Below are positions 39,686 through 48,477 of a stretch of 64,000 nt of DNA, piece after piece. The DNA is taken from IMG/VR virus record IMGVR_UViG_3300017589_000168, positions 1 through 64,000 of that record, one strand, 5' to 3'. Each line of letters starts with the position of its first letter. Within the stretch, counting starts at the first letter, position 1. Source of the DNA: a virus. Taxonomy: Duplodnaviria; Caudoviricetes. The position numbers and the translations under genes were made by a program. The notes under the pieces are model-generated. The model saw nothing but the letters and a program-made list of their open reading frames with translations. It was not told the DNA's origin and ran no database searches.

Positions 39686-41025
39686 ATATCCATGATAACG
39701 CCGGACTGATGGGTGGGGAAATCCATCTGCGCCCTTTTGCCGAGGTTTTGAGGGAAGTACAGGAACACATCAGCAAAAATTATGCAGGAACCCTAAAGGA
39801 TGACCCCGACCAGAGCCGTGCTCTGATTCACAGCTACATCCGAAAATACCTTGAAGAACAGCGGCTTGGTGTGGACGGCATGGAGCAGGGGGAGCTTGCC
39901 GAGCTTCTGTACGGAGAAATGACCGGATTTTCATTCCTGTCCAAATACCTCTACCGCAATGATGTGGAGGAAGTGAATATCAACCAGTGGGATGATGTGA
40001 AGGTCATTTACGCAAACGGCGAGGTGCTGCCCACCAAGGAACGGTTTACCTCACCCCAGCACGCCCTTGATGTCATCAAGCGTATGCTGCATAAGTCCGG
40101 CATGATACTCGATAATGCCAAACCCTATGTCATTGGGCATCTGTCCAACAAAATCCGTATTACGGCTACCTCTCCGGGTATCGTGGACGAGGACAAGGGT
40201 TTGTCTGTATCCATTCGTATCGTCAATCCCCGCAAGCTGAAAAAAGAGGAATTTGTCACTTATGGCACAGCCACCGCCGAGATGCTGGATATGCTCTCGG
40301 TGTTTTTTAATTATGGCGTTTCCATGTGTATGACCGGAGCCACTTCCTCCGGCAAAACCACTTTGATGAGCTGGATACTCGACCAGATTTCAAATGATAA
40401 GCGGCTAATTACCATTGAAAAGGGCTGCCGTGAGTTCGACAGCGTGAAGCGTGACGAGCTGGGCAGGGTCCTGAATAATGTCATTCACTTTATTACCAAG
40501 GAGTCCGACGATCCCAAACAGGTGGTATCCATGGTAAAGCTCTTGGAACTGGCCCTTACTATGCACCCGGATTTTCTGGTGGTTGCGGAGATGAAAAGCG
40601 AGGAAAGCCTGCAAGCAATTAAGGCGGCCAATACCGGGCATACCTCTTTGACCACCATTCACGCCAACGGCTGTGAGGACACCTATTACCGCATGGCGGC
40701 ACTCTGCAAGGAAAGCAGTTCCATGGATGACGCCACCCTGATGGGGCTTGCTACAAGGGGTTTTCCCATCGTGGCCTTTGCCAAGAAGCTGGAGGACAAC
40801 AGCCGCCGCCTGATGGAAATTGCCGAGTGCGTGGGAGTAAAAGCCGGTGTGCCGATTATGCGCACCTTGTACCGCTTTAACATCACCGACAACCGCATGG
40901 AAAACGGAAAAGCCAAGATCATAGGGCATTATGAAAAAGTAAACGGTCCATCAGAAAGCCTGTGCAAGCGGCTTCGTGAAAACGGTATGCCGCTGTCCTT
41001 GCAGCAGCGGCTTTTAAGTGCATAA
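39670..41025 (+). CDS. cpaF: CpaF/TadA pilus assembly ATPase
   Basis: GATSSGKTT, ITIEK..E, MHPD...V.EM, TTIHAN. Confidence 0.9.
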   Translation: MQNILNIHDNAGLMGGEIHLRPFAEVLREVQEHISKNYAGTLKDDPDQSRALIHSYIRKYLEEQRLGVDGMEQGELAELLYGEMTGFSFLSKYLYRNDVEEVNINQWDDVKVIYANGEVLPTKERFTSPQHALDVIKRMLHKSGMILDNAKPYVIGHLSNKIRITATSPGIVDEDKGLSVSIRIVNPRKLKKEEFVTYGTATAEMLDMLSVFFNYGVSMCMTGATSSGKTTLMSWILDQISNDKRLITIEKGCREFDSVKRDELGRVLNNVIHFITKESDDPKQVVSMVKLLELALTMHPDFLVVAEMKSEESLQAIKAANTGHTSLTTIHANGCEDTYYRMAALCKESSSMDDATLMGLATRGFPIVAFAKKLEDNSRRLMEIAECVGVKAGVPIMRTLYRFNITDNRMENGKAKIIGHYEKVNGPSESLCKRLRENGMPLSLQQRLLSA

Positions 41026-41040
41026 AGGAGGTGCATTTTT

Positions 41041-41910
41041 ATGAGTATGGTCGCTTATAAAGCGCCGTATCTTCTACAAATTATGATGGATGATGAACCC
41101 TTAAATCCCCGCACTGATTATGATAACTTCGGCCATATGGCTTGCTGGCACAGGCGGTATAACCTTGGGGATGAACATAATTTTGAGGATACAAACGAGC
41201 TGTTCAAAGAGTTGGTGATGAACAGCGTTTCGCCGGATACAGTCATTGATTATGTGAAATCCGGCAAGGCAGACAGCGTGAAACTGGAATATGACCGCGC
41301 TGCGGGAAACTGGGAAATCAGGAGCTATGATACCCACTTCAAGAAATGGTATGATGAGGCTTCCTTTCCCGGCAAGCTGGAAGCAAACCGGCAGGAGATT
41401 TTTGAAAGCCTTGTAGACACCCTGCCAACCCCTGACCTTTATCTGCTGGCTTCGGAAAAGAATATCATCCTGCCCTTAAACCTCTACGACCACTCCATGC
41501 TGCATATGTCAACCGGCTCCTTTTTGGGGAGAGCGCAGCACGCCGAATGGGATTCCGGTCAGGTGGGATGGATTTACGCCACGCCGGAGGATATGGAAAA
41601 GGAATACGGCAGCCTAACCCCGGAAAGCAGAGAAAAGGCCGAAGCCCTGCTGAAATCTGAGGTGGAGAGCTATGACTGCTATCTTTCCGGGCAGTGCTAC
41701 GGCTTTCGGCTTTATGAAAACGGCGAGGAAACGGATAGCTGCTGGGGCTTCTTGGGGAGCTATTCCGATATGAGAAAGGAAATTGCTTCTCAGAGCCTGC
41801 CGGAAAGCCACCGGGATATGGTTGACCATCTGCATGAGGTGACGGATACCGTGACCCGGTATAAAGGCTATGAGGATTTAATGGAGGATTTAGAGGAAAT
41901 GGAGGCATAG
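41041..41910 (+). CDS. Hypothetical acidic protein
   Basis: SD AAGGAGG; LYDHS...WDSGQVGWIY; soluble. Confidence 0.7.
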   Translation: MSMVAYKAPYLLQIMMDDEPLNPRTDYDNFGHMACWHRRYNLGDEHNFEDTNELFKELVMNSVSPDTVIDYVKSGKADSVKLEYDRAAGNWEIRSYDTHFKKWYDEASFPGKLEANRQEIFESLVDTLPTPDLYLLASEKNIILPLNLYDHSMLHMSTGSFLGRAQHAEWDSGQVGWIYATPEDMEKEYGSLTPESREKAEALLKSEVESYDCYLSGQCYGFRLYENGEETDSCWGFLGSYSDMRKEIASQSLPESHRDMVDHLHEVTDTVTRYKGYEDLMEDLEEMEA

Positions 41911-41914
41911 AACA

Positions 41915-42847
41915 TTGACAATACTGATAACAATAGCGTTTTTACTGGCGGTAACGGGCAGCTTTATTCTGCTTTCGTTATCGCCCTTTACTTTCTTTGA
42001 AGGGCTGGCGGATTATGTCCGTCCACAGAAAACCTCAATGAAAAGTAAAATCAGAAAGAGCCGGAAGAACAAACAGCCAAAGGGCTTAAAGCTGCTCTTT
42101 CTGGAAACAAGAGAGATTTTGCGTGTCACAGGCAAGAGCGGTATGTTTACCGCCCTTTGCATCCTGTCCATGCTGCTGTTTGTGGTAGGGGCTATGATTG
42201 CCCTTTCTATGAAGAACGGCTATCTTGTACCGGTACTGGCGGCAGGCTTGGCGCTCCTGCCTTTTTATTATGTGAAGCTCACGGCAGGGCGGCATAAAAA
42301 GCAGATCAACACGGAATTGGAAACCGCCTTATCCATCATCACCACCAGCTACCTAAGAGGAAAGAACACCATCATCCGTGCCATTGAAGAAAACCAGCCT
42401 TATTTGAATCCGCCGGTAGCAGAGGTATTCCGCAACTTCCTATTGCAGGCCAAGCTGATTAACTCCAATACCAAGGAAGCTTTGGAGGGATTAAAGGTTG
42501 GGATTGACAACAGTGTCTTTCACGAATGGGTGGATGCGGTCATTGCGTGTCAGGACGATTACAACCTGAAAACAATCCTGCCGCCCATCGTTGCCAAGCT
42601 GTCGGATATGCGTGTGGTGTCGGCAGAGCTTGACCTTCTTTTGTTTGAGCCGGTCAAGGAATACATCACCATGGTGGTGCTTCTGCTTGGCAGTATTCCA
42701 CTCATGTACTTTCTCAATCGGGACTGGTATCATACCCTGATGTTCACCGAGTTTGGAAAGGTGCTGCTGGCAATCTGCGCCGGAGTGATTTTCCTGTCGG
42801 TGGCCGCCGTCGCCAAGCATACCCGCCCCATTGAATATAAGCGTTAG
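41915..42847 (+). CDS. tadB: TadB-like pilus platform protein
   Basis: T2SSF-like topology with N-, central and C-terminal TMs; follows cpaF. Confidence 0.8.
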   Translation: MTILITIAFLLAVTGSFILLSLSPFTFFEGLADYVRPQKTSMKSKIRKSRKNKQPKGLKLLFLETREILRVTGKSGMFTALCILSMLLFVVGAMIALSMKNGYLVPVLAAGLALLPFYYVKLTAGRHKKQINTELETALSIITTSYLRGKNTIIRAIEENQPYLNPPVAEVFRNFLLQAKLINSNTKEALEGLKVGIDNSVFHEWVDAVIACQDDYNLKTILPPIVAKLSDMRVVSAELDLLLFEPVKEYITMVVLLLGSIPLMYFLNRDWYHTLMFTEFGKVLLAICAGVIFLSVAAVAKHTRPIEYKR

Positions 42848-42861
42848 GAGGTGCTTTCACT

Positions 42862-43737
42862 ATGCAGAATATGATTCTACTTTTCTTTGCCCTGTTTTTC
42901 ACAGCAGGGCTTTATCTGATTTCGGCAGAGCTGCTGAACGTACCGACCTATAAGGCGACCAAGGCAATTCTTGGAATGGGAAAACGGGAACGAAAAAAGG
43001 CACGGGACTCGGACGCCTTTATCATGGAGCTGGCGGCAAGGCTTTCCAAGGTTCTGCCCATGGACGAATACAGAAAACGCAAGCTCACGGCAGTGTTAAA
43101 GTCTGCGGAAATCCCCATGACTGCCGAAGTATATGCGGCACAGTCCATGGTAAAAGCCGGTCTGATCTTTGCAGGGGTATTTCCCTGCCTGTTGCTTGCT
43201 CCCATCCTTTCCCCGGTGTTTGTGATTATCGGCATTGCGGTGTATTTTACAGAAAGCACCAAAGCGGAAAAGCTCATTACCGTAAGGCGGCAGGAGATTG
43301 AATACGAATTGCCCCGCTTTGTTGCGACGCTGGTACAGGAACTGAAAGCAACCCGTGATGTACTTTCCATTTTGGAAAGCTATCAGAAAAATGCTGGGAA
43401 AGCTCTGAAAAATGAGCTTGCCATCACCACCTCGGATATGCGTACCGGCAACTATGAGGGAGCGCTGACACGCTTTGAGGCCAGAGTATCCAGCGCCATG
43501 CTATCAGATGTGGTGAGGGGGCTGATCGGCGTGCTCCGGGGGGACGATGGCGTTACCTTCTTCCAAATGTTATCCCATGACATGAAGCAGCTCGAATTAC
43601 AGAGATTAAAAAGGCTGGCTATGGAACGCCCGCCCAAAATCCGCAAGTTTTCCTTTCTACTCCTTGGCTGTATGCTGCTCCTGTATATGGGCGTTATGGG
43701 CTATCAGATTCTCGGCGCTATGTCGGGAATGTTCTAA
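42862..43737 (+). CDS. tadC: TadC-like pilus platform protein
   Basis: I..ELP.F...L...L; AL.RF..R; C-terminal TM. Confidence 0.8.
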   Translation: MQNMILLFFALFFTAGLYLISAELLNVPTYKATKAILGMGKRERKKARDSDAFIMELAARLSKVLPMDEYRKRKLTAVLKSAEIPMTAEVYAAQSMVKAGLIFAGVFPCLLLAPILSPVFVIIGIAVYFTESTKAEKLITVRRQEIEYELPRFVATLVQELKATRDVLSILESYQKNAGKALKNELAITTSDMRTGNYEGALTRFEARVSSAMLSDVVRGLIGVLRGDDGVTFFQMLSHDMKQLELQRLKRLAMERPPKIRKFSFLLLGCMLLLYMGVMGYQILGAMSGMF

Positions 43738-43749
43738 GGGGGTGCAACT

Positions 43750-44151
43750 ATGCTGAAAAAGATACTGAAAGGAAAGCGCGGCGAAGGCTACATTGATGTT
43801 GCGGTGGGCATCCTCTGCCTGCTGCTGGTGGTGGCCTTTGCGGTGCAGCTATTCCCTGTGTTTACCGCCAAACAGCAGCTTGACATTTTTGCTGTGGAGA
43901 TTGTGCGGGAGGCTGAAATCAAGGGCAGCACCAATGTGGATTCCCGGATTACCGATATGCGGGAGCAGACCGGGCTTAACCCAACCATCCGCTGGGACTG
44001 TGATTATTACAGCGGGAAAAAGATACAGCTAAACGGTGATATTGAGGTTTTGCTGACGGACACGGTAGACATCGGGTTTTTCGTCTTTGGTTCCTTTCCC
44101 ATTGAAATACAGGCCAAGGCAACGGGAAAGTCCGAAGTCTATTATAAGTGA
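43750..44151 (+). CDS. TadE-like minor pilin (DUF4320-like)
   Basis: KRG|EGYID class III signal followed by a hydrophobic helix. Confidence 0.7.
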   Translation: MLKKILKGKRGEGYIDVAVGILCLLLVVAFAVQLFPVFTAKQQLDIFAVEIVREAEIKGSTNVDSRITDMREQTGLNPTIRWDCDYYSGKKIQLNGDIEVLLTDTVDIGFFVFGSFPIEIQAKATGKSEVYYK

Positions 44152-44160
44152 GGTGATGCC

Positions 44161-44697
44161 ATGAAATTGTTTAAGATAATGAAAGACAGGCGAGGTAATT
44201 CCACACCTCTTACCATTGCCCTGATTTTAGGGCTTCTGCTTCTGATCTGTGCCCTTTCCGAGTTCTTCAGGCTGGGCATTATTGTGAGCGGTGTCCGTGA
44301 CGGACTCCAGCAGGCGGTGATTACCGTGGCAACCACCAATTACGATGAAGCCTATAACGGTCTGCGGGAAGGGTATTCCGGGGGGTATATCCTGTCCGGC
44401 GAAAGCTGGCAGGAGAACCTTGATTATGACGATGTATATTACCGGCTCGACAATCTGCTGGGAACTGCGGAAGTCGGAGGGTATCACATCAAAGAGGACA
44501 AGGGCGGCTATGAGTACCGCCTTTCCGGGCTTTCGGTGGATATTGCAAACGCACCCCTGACGCCGGGCGGTGCGGGGCATAATTTAGAAGCTGACGCCCG
44601 CATTACCATTGAAATCCCCTTGTCCTTTGGCTGGGATAGACTCCCGCCGCTTACCATGGAGATACGCACAAAATCAACCTATATGCCTAAGTTCTGA
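44161..44697 (+). CDS. TadE/TadG-like minor pilin
   Basis: DRRG|NSTPL followed by a hydrophobic helix. Confidence 0.65.
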   Translation: MKLFKIMKDRRGNSTPLTIALILGLLLLICALSEFFRLGIIVSGVRDGLQQAVITVATTNYDEAYNGLREGYSGGYILSGESWQENLDYDDVYYRLDNLLGTAEVGGYHIKEDKGGYEYRLSGLSVDIANAPLTPGGAGHNLEADARITIEIPLSFGWDRLPPLTMEIRTKSTYMPKF

Positions 44698-44732
44698 GTC
44701 TGCACAAATCACCGACACTCCATCAAAATGTC

Positions 44733-44761
44733 TGGACGCGCAGGAAGATTCAGGATATAAT
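44733..44761 (+). promoter_or_regulatory. Internal SigA-type promoter
   Basis: TGGACG-17 bp-TATAAT in a 137-bp intergenic gap. Confidence 0.5.
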
Positions 44762-44834
44762 GGAGTCGGGTAAACTAAGTGAAATGGGTATATAGGCTTA
44801 AACCTTCATTTAACATGAAAGTGAGGCCATCATT

Positions 44835-45377
44835 ATGAAAAAAGAATATACAACAAAGAAAAAAGCGGTCATTGCCGCATTGTCCCTTGTGGCAGTCTGC
44901 CTTGCAGGAGGACTTTTCTATTATATTGGCACGATGGGCGGACAGCCGCAGGAAACGCCTGTTGAAAGCACGGCTCCTGTGGAAACACAGGTCGTTGTGT
45001 CGGAGATCAAGCCGGAGACAACGCCGAAAACAGATAGTGGCACATCAGAGGCTACCCCATCAGAAGCCCCGGCAGAACCATTGCAGGAACCTTCTGCGCC
45101 TGCCAGCAGTGATACACAGGACACGACACAAAGCAAGCCCTCTGATGGTAAGCCGAAATCTCCGACAGAAGCCACTCCCCCCGCCAAGCCCCCTGCTGAA
45201 ACAAACCAAGGCTCCGAAAATAGCTCGAATAGCAAGCAGGAGCAGCCGCAGGCAGGTGAAAAGCGTTCGGATGGAAAGGTGTACTTTCCGGGCTTTGGAT
45301 GGGTGGAAGATGAGGGCGAAAACTCTCAAGGGACTGCCCCCAATGCCGGAACCGGCGAAGCGGTTGGGGATATGTAA
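44835..45377 (+). CDS. DUF6550-like bitopic membrane protein
   Basis: One TM, P/T/S-rich linker, VYFPGFGWV tail. Confidence 0.7.
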   Translation: MKKEYTTKKKAVIAALSLVAVCLAGGLFYYIGTMGGQPQETPVESTAPVETQVVVSEIKPETTPKTDSGTSEATPSEAPAEPLQEPSAPASSDTQDTTQSKPSDGKPKSPTEATPPAKPPAETNQGSENSSNSKQEQPQAGEKRSDGKVYFPGFGWVEDEGENSQGTAPNAGTGEAVGDM

Positions 45378-45395
45378 AACAGAATAATCTTTCCG

Positions 45396-45437
45396 ATGGG
45401 ATACAGTCATACACGGCTGTATCCCATTTTTCATTTT
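45396..45437 (+). terminator. Intrinsic terminator
   Basis: 13-bp stem ATGGGATACAGTC/GGCTGTATCCCAT followed by TTTTCATTTT. Confidence 0.65.
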
Positions 45438-45451
45438 CGGAGGTGATAAAA

Positions 45452-47128
45452 TTGAAGAAACTAATCTGTGCATTGCTTTTATGGGCAATGCTTTTTTCTT
45501 TGCCTGTGCCTGCTTTTGCCGCCGATTCAAACATTGACGGCGGTGGCGGCGGTATGAATCAAGGCACTGCACAAAACTCATGGACACCGGGGCGTGACGG
45601 AGTGCGGATTACAGTTATCCGTGACAGTGACAATATGCCAGTATCCACTCCCATTGATTTTGCAAACGGCTCAAATGGCGATATTTCTTTTCACTTTGGA
45701 ACCGTAAGCAAAATATCATACCGCTCTAATGGGCTAACTCCCCATATGGGAAATTACTATTCTATAAAGCCAGCCAATACCATGCCCCGGATTGTCAGTT
45801 CCAACGGCTCCAGTAATATTGCGGCAATCCGAAGCTATTTCTGCCGTGAGGGAACGATTCGTGACATTGCCAATGCCACGGGTATGGATTACGATACCTT
45901 GATAAATGGCAAGTACAAGATTTTATTGGAACCGATAGCGTATTTCAAATACAACAGCGTCATGTTTGCTATGACAGCCACGGAAGCTGCTTTATACAAC
46001 AAACAGGTAGGAAACGGTCTGCGGAGCAAGATGGTATCTCTATCCCACAAGAACTTACCGCTTTCCATGTTCCTTGAAACTCCTGATTTGGGTTTTGCCG
46101 CATGGAGCGGCTCCACAACCATGGCGCAGAGCGACGAAACCATTATCACATATTTGGGAATGGGTATTATCCGCTTTTCAGAACCTGACCCCGAACCGCC
46201 CAAGGAAAGTAATGTGACCTACCGCTGCGATACGGAGGTCATCACAGCCGTTACGCTTACAACCGGCTCACAGAAAACGCCGGATAATCCGGCATATGCA
46301 CGGTTTTCCATCAATGGAAAGACCTATTCCCACAGCGGTATCTATATCCCGGAGGGAGGTTCGCAGCTTGCATGGGTCAAATGGCGCACCCCGAAAGAAC
46401 CGGGCTATATTACCATCACCGTTGCCAGCAACTGTTCCGTGAGCAGCAGTGAGATTGTGGCGCAGATTGTAAACCTTGATAAAAACCCGCCGCCCGACCC
46501 GCAGGCCAATGACCGCAACGATGGATTTTCCATTCCAGCCAAACCTGTCAAACCGAATGTGACCTCCCTGACATGGGGCGAATGGGACTGCTGGTGGCAT
46601 GAATATTGGGTCTGGCACAGCGGTGACGAGGATGAGGACGGCTGGTGGGAGGACTGCGGCTGGTGGGAATATGCCTGGCTCTCCTACTCCGCAAGCCTGA
46701 CGGCGGAGCTGCGTACCAAGCCGGATGAAAAGTCGCCCACGGCTTCCGGCAAAATAATGAAAAGCGGATACGGTTTAAATGCGGATGGATCGGCACAGGT
46801 TCGTTCCTCCGCACCCAGCAGTCACATTACAGGGGTGCAAAACGTGGTGGCTTATTTTCCCGAATTTAATTACTCCACCTACTGGCGGCTCTTGAAGCGG
46901 CTTAACACCGGCTATTCCAGCACCTTTGCCTTTCAGAAAAACAAATACAGCACCTATGGGCAATCCTGCCACTTTTCGCCGGTGTGGTTCCCGGATGGGC
47001 GGTACACGACCTATGCGGAATATCTTGACGCATGGACGCCTGCCGGTATGCTTCAAATCAATCTGACGGACGATTTGACCATTCGTGGATCACTTTTTGA
47101 CGATTGGCATATCCGTCCGCTCAAGTGA
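45452..47128 (+). CDS. Secreted hypothetical protein of the transfer region
   Basis: Signal peptide (AFA|A); Trp/Asp-rich segment WDCWWHEYWVW. Confidence 0.75.
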   Translation: MKKLICALLLWAMLFSLPVPAFAADSNIDGGGGGMNQGTAQNSWTPGRDGVRITVIRDSDNMPVSTPIDFANGSNGDISFHFGTVSKISYRSNGLTPHMGNYYSIKPANTMPRIVSSNGSSNIAAIRSYFCREGTIRDIANATGMDYDTLINGKYKILLEPIAYFKYNSVMFAMTATEAALYNKQVGNGLRSKMVSLSHKNLPLSMFLETPDLGFAAWSGSTTMAQSDETIITYLGMGIIRFSEPDPEPPKESNVTYRCDTEVITAVTLTTGSQKTPDNPAYARFSINGKTYSHSGIYIPEGGSQLAWVKWRTPKEPGYITITVASNCSVSSSEIVAQIVNLDKNPPPDPQANDRNDGFSIPAKPVKPNVTSLTWGEWDCWWHEYWVWHSGDEDEDGWWEDCGWWEYAWLSYSASLTAELRTKPDEKSPTASGKIMKSGYGLNADGSAQVRSSAPSSHITGVQNVVAYFPEFNYSTYWRLLKRLNTGYSSTFAFQKNKYSTYGQSCHFSPVWFPDGRYTTYAEYLDAWTPAGMLQINLTDDLTIRGSLFDDWHIRPLK

Positions 47129-47136
47129 GGTGGCTT

Positions 47137-47781
47137 ATGGGAAACCGAGCAATTTACATCATTCGGGAGGGCGGAGAAAACAACTTCTTTTCCGTATATC
47201 ACGGAGCAAATGCCCTGTCACCGCTTCTGCGGATGTTTCAGGCACAGCAGCTTCAGGAAACCTTTTCACAGCCACAGTCCATCAGCCATATTTTTGAACA
47301 CTTGGATTATGAGGGAGTCTACCAAAATCCTCGGCTGGAGGATTCAGATATGTTCTGCGCACGCATCCCTCCGGCAGAAATGCCGGAATACAACAAGGCT
47401 TATGCACAGCGCAGCGAGTTTCAAATGCGGATGGTATTTGACCTCGATAAGAACGATTTTATGATGGAGTATAACCCCAACTGCCCATGGTATCGCACCA
47501 TGGGCAGTTTCTCCATTAACCTCGATGTGGGGCTGGAAAACGTACAAAAGCTCCTTGCTCATGCCGAGCAGAGAGGCATTACCGATTTTGGCAGGCTGCT
47601 TACCATCTATCATCGCAGCACCGGTCTTGAAGATAAGCTGGAATCTGCCCGTGGATATATGCGTTTTGAGGAATATTTGGAATCTCCGCAGGCACAGGAG
47701 GATAGAGAACGCTACCGGCGGCTGCTCGATCACCAGGAGGAGTTGGACGAAGAAACCGCTGAAGAAATGGAGGAACGATAA
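47137..47781 (+). CDS. Hypothetical protein
   Basis: Starts after GAGGTG; ends EEMEER. Confidence 0.7.
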   Translation: MGNRAIYIIREGGENNFFSVYHGANALSPLLRMFQAQQLQETFSQPQSISHIFEHLDYEGVYQNPRLEDSDMFCARIPPAEMPEYNKAYAQRSEFQMRMVFDLDKNDFMMEYNPNCPWYRTMGSFSINLDVGLENVQKLLAHAEQRGITDFGRLLTIYHRSTGLEDKLESARGYMRFEEYLESPQAQEDRERYRRLLDHQEELDEETAEEMEER

Positions 47782-48477
47782 ATGCAGGGACTTTTATTCC
47801 CGATTATTATGCTGGCCGTCACCCTTGTGGGTGGCGGCCTTTTGCTTTTGTTTTTGAAAACGGCTAAGAAACGGCCGGTATCAGACGAAGCCACCATATC
47901 CATGCAGACCGCACAGCAGTTTATCAATGTGCGGGATGTAAAAGACAAATACCTATATACCAAAGATGGGTTGGTTCTGATTTTTCTGCGTATCCACTCA
48001 ATCAGCATTGATCTATTCAGCAAAGCTGAAAAAAGTGTCTTGATTCGGCAGCTTACCGCAGAGCTGTCCGATATTCAGTACCCCTTTAAGTTTATGGGGG
48101 TCAGCAGGCCCGTGGATATTTCTCCCCTGATCGCTGATATGCAGGGAATGCTTAAAACCGCCGATGACCGGCGCAAGGAGCTGTTGCGGCAGGAGATTTT
48201 GCAGATGAGCAGCTACGCCCTGTCCGGCGAAATCGTGGAGCGTCAGTTTTATATCTCCATGTGGGATCGGTGCGAGGACGGCGTGGAAAAGGACTTATTT
48301 AAGCGGGCATCCCTTCTAGCAGAGAAGTTTACCACCAATGGAATTGGCTGCGATGTACTGGCAGAAAAGGAGATTGTACGGCTTTTGAACCTCGTAAACA
48401 ATCCGTCCTACACCCATCTGGAGGATACGGAGTTTGAGGCCAGTATCCCTATGTTAAAGGAGGACATTTATGCCTAA
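47782..48477 (+). CDS. VirB4-associated protein with an N-terminal TM
   Basis: TAQQFINV..V...; stop overlaps the virB4 start. Confidence 0.65.
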   Translation: MQGLLFPIIMLAVTLVGGGLLLLFLKTAKKRPVSDEATISMQTAQQFINVRDVKDKYLYTKDGLVLIFLRIHSISIDLFSKAEKSVLIRQLTAELSDIQYPFKFMGVSRPVDISPLIADMQGMLKTADDRRKELLRQEILQMSSYALSGEIVERQFYISMWDRCEDGVEKDLFKRASLLAEKFTTNGIGCDVLAEKEIVRLLNLVNNPSYTHLEDTEFEASIPMLKEDIYA

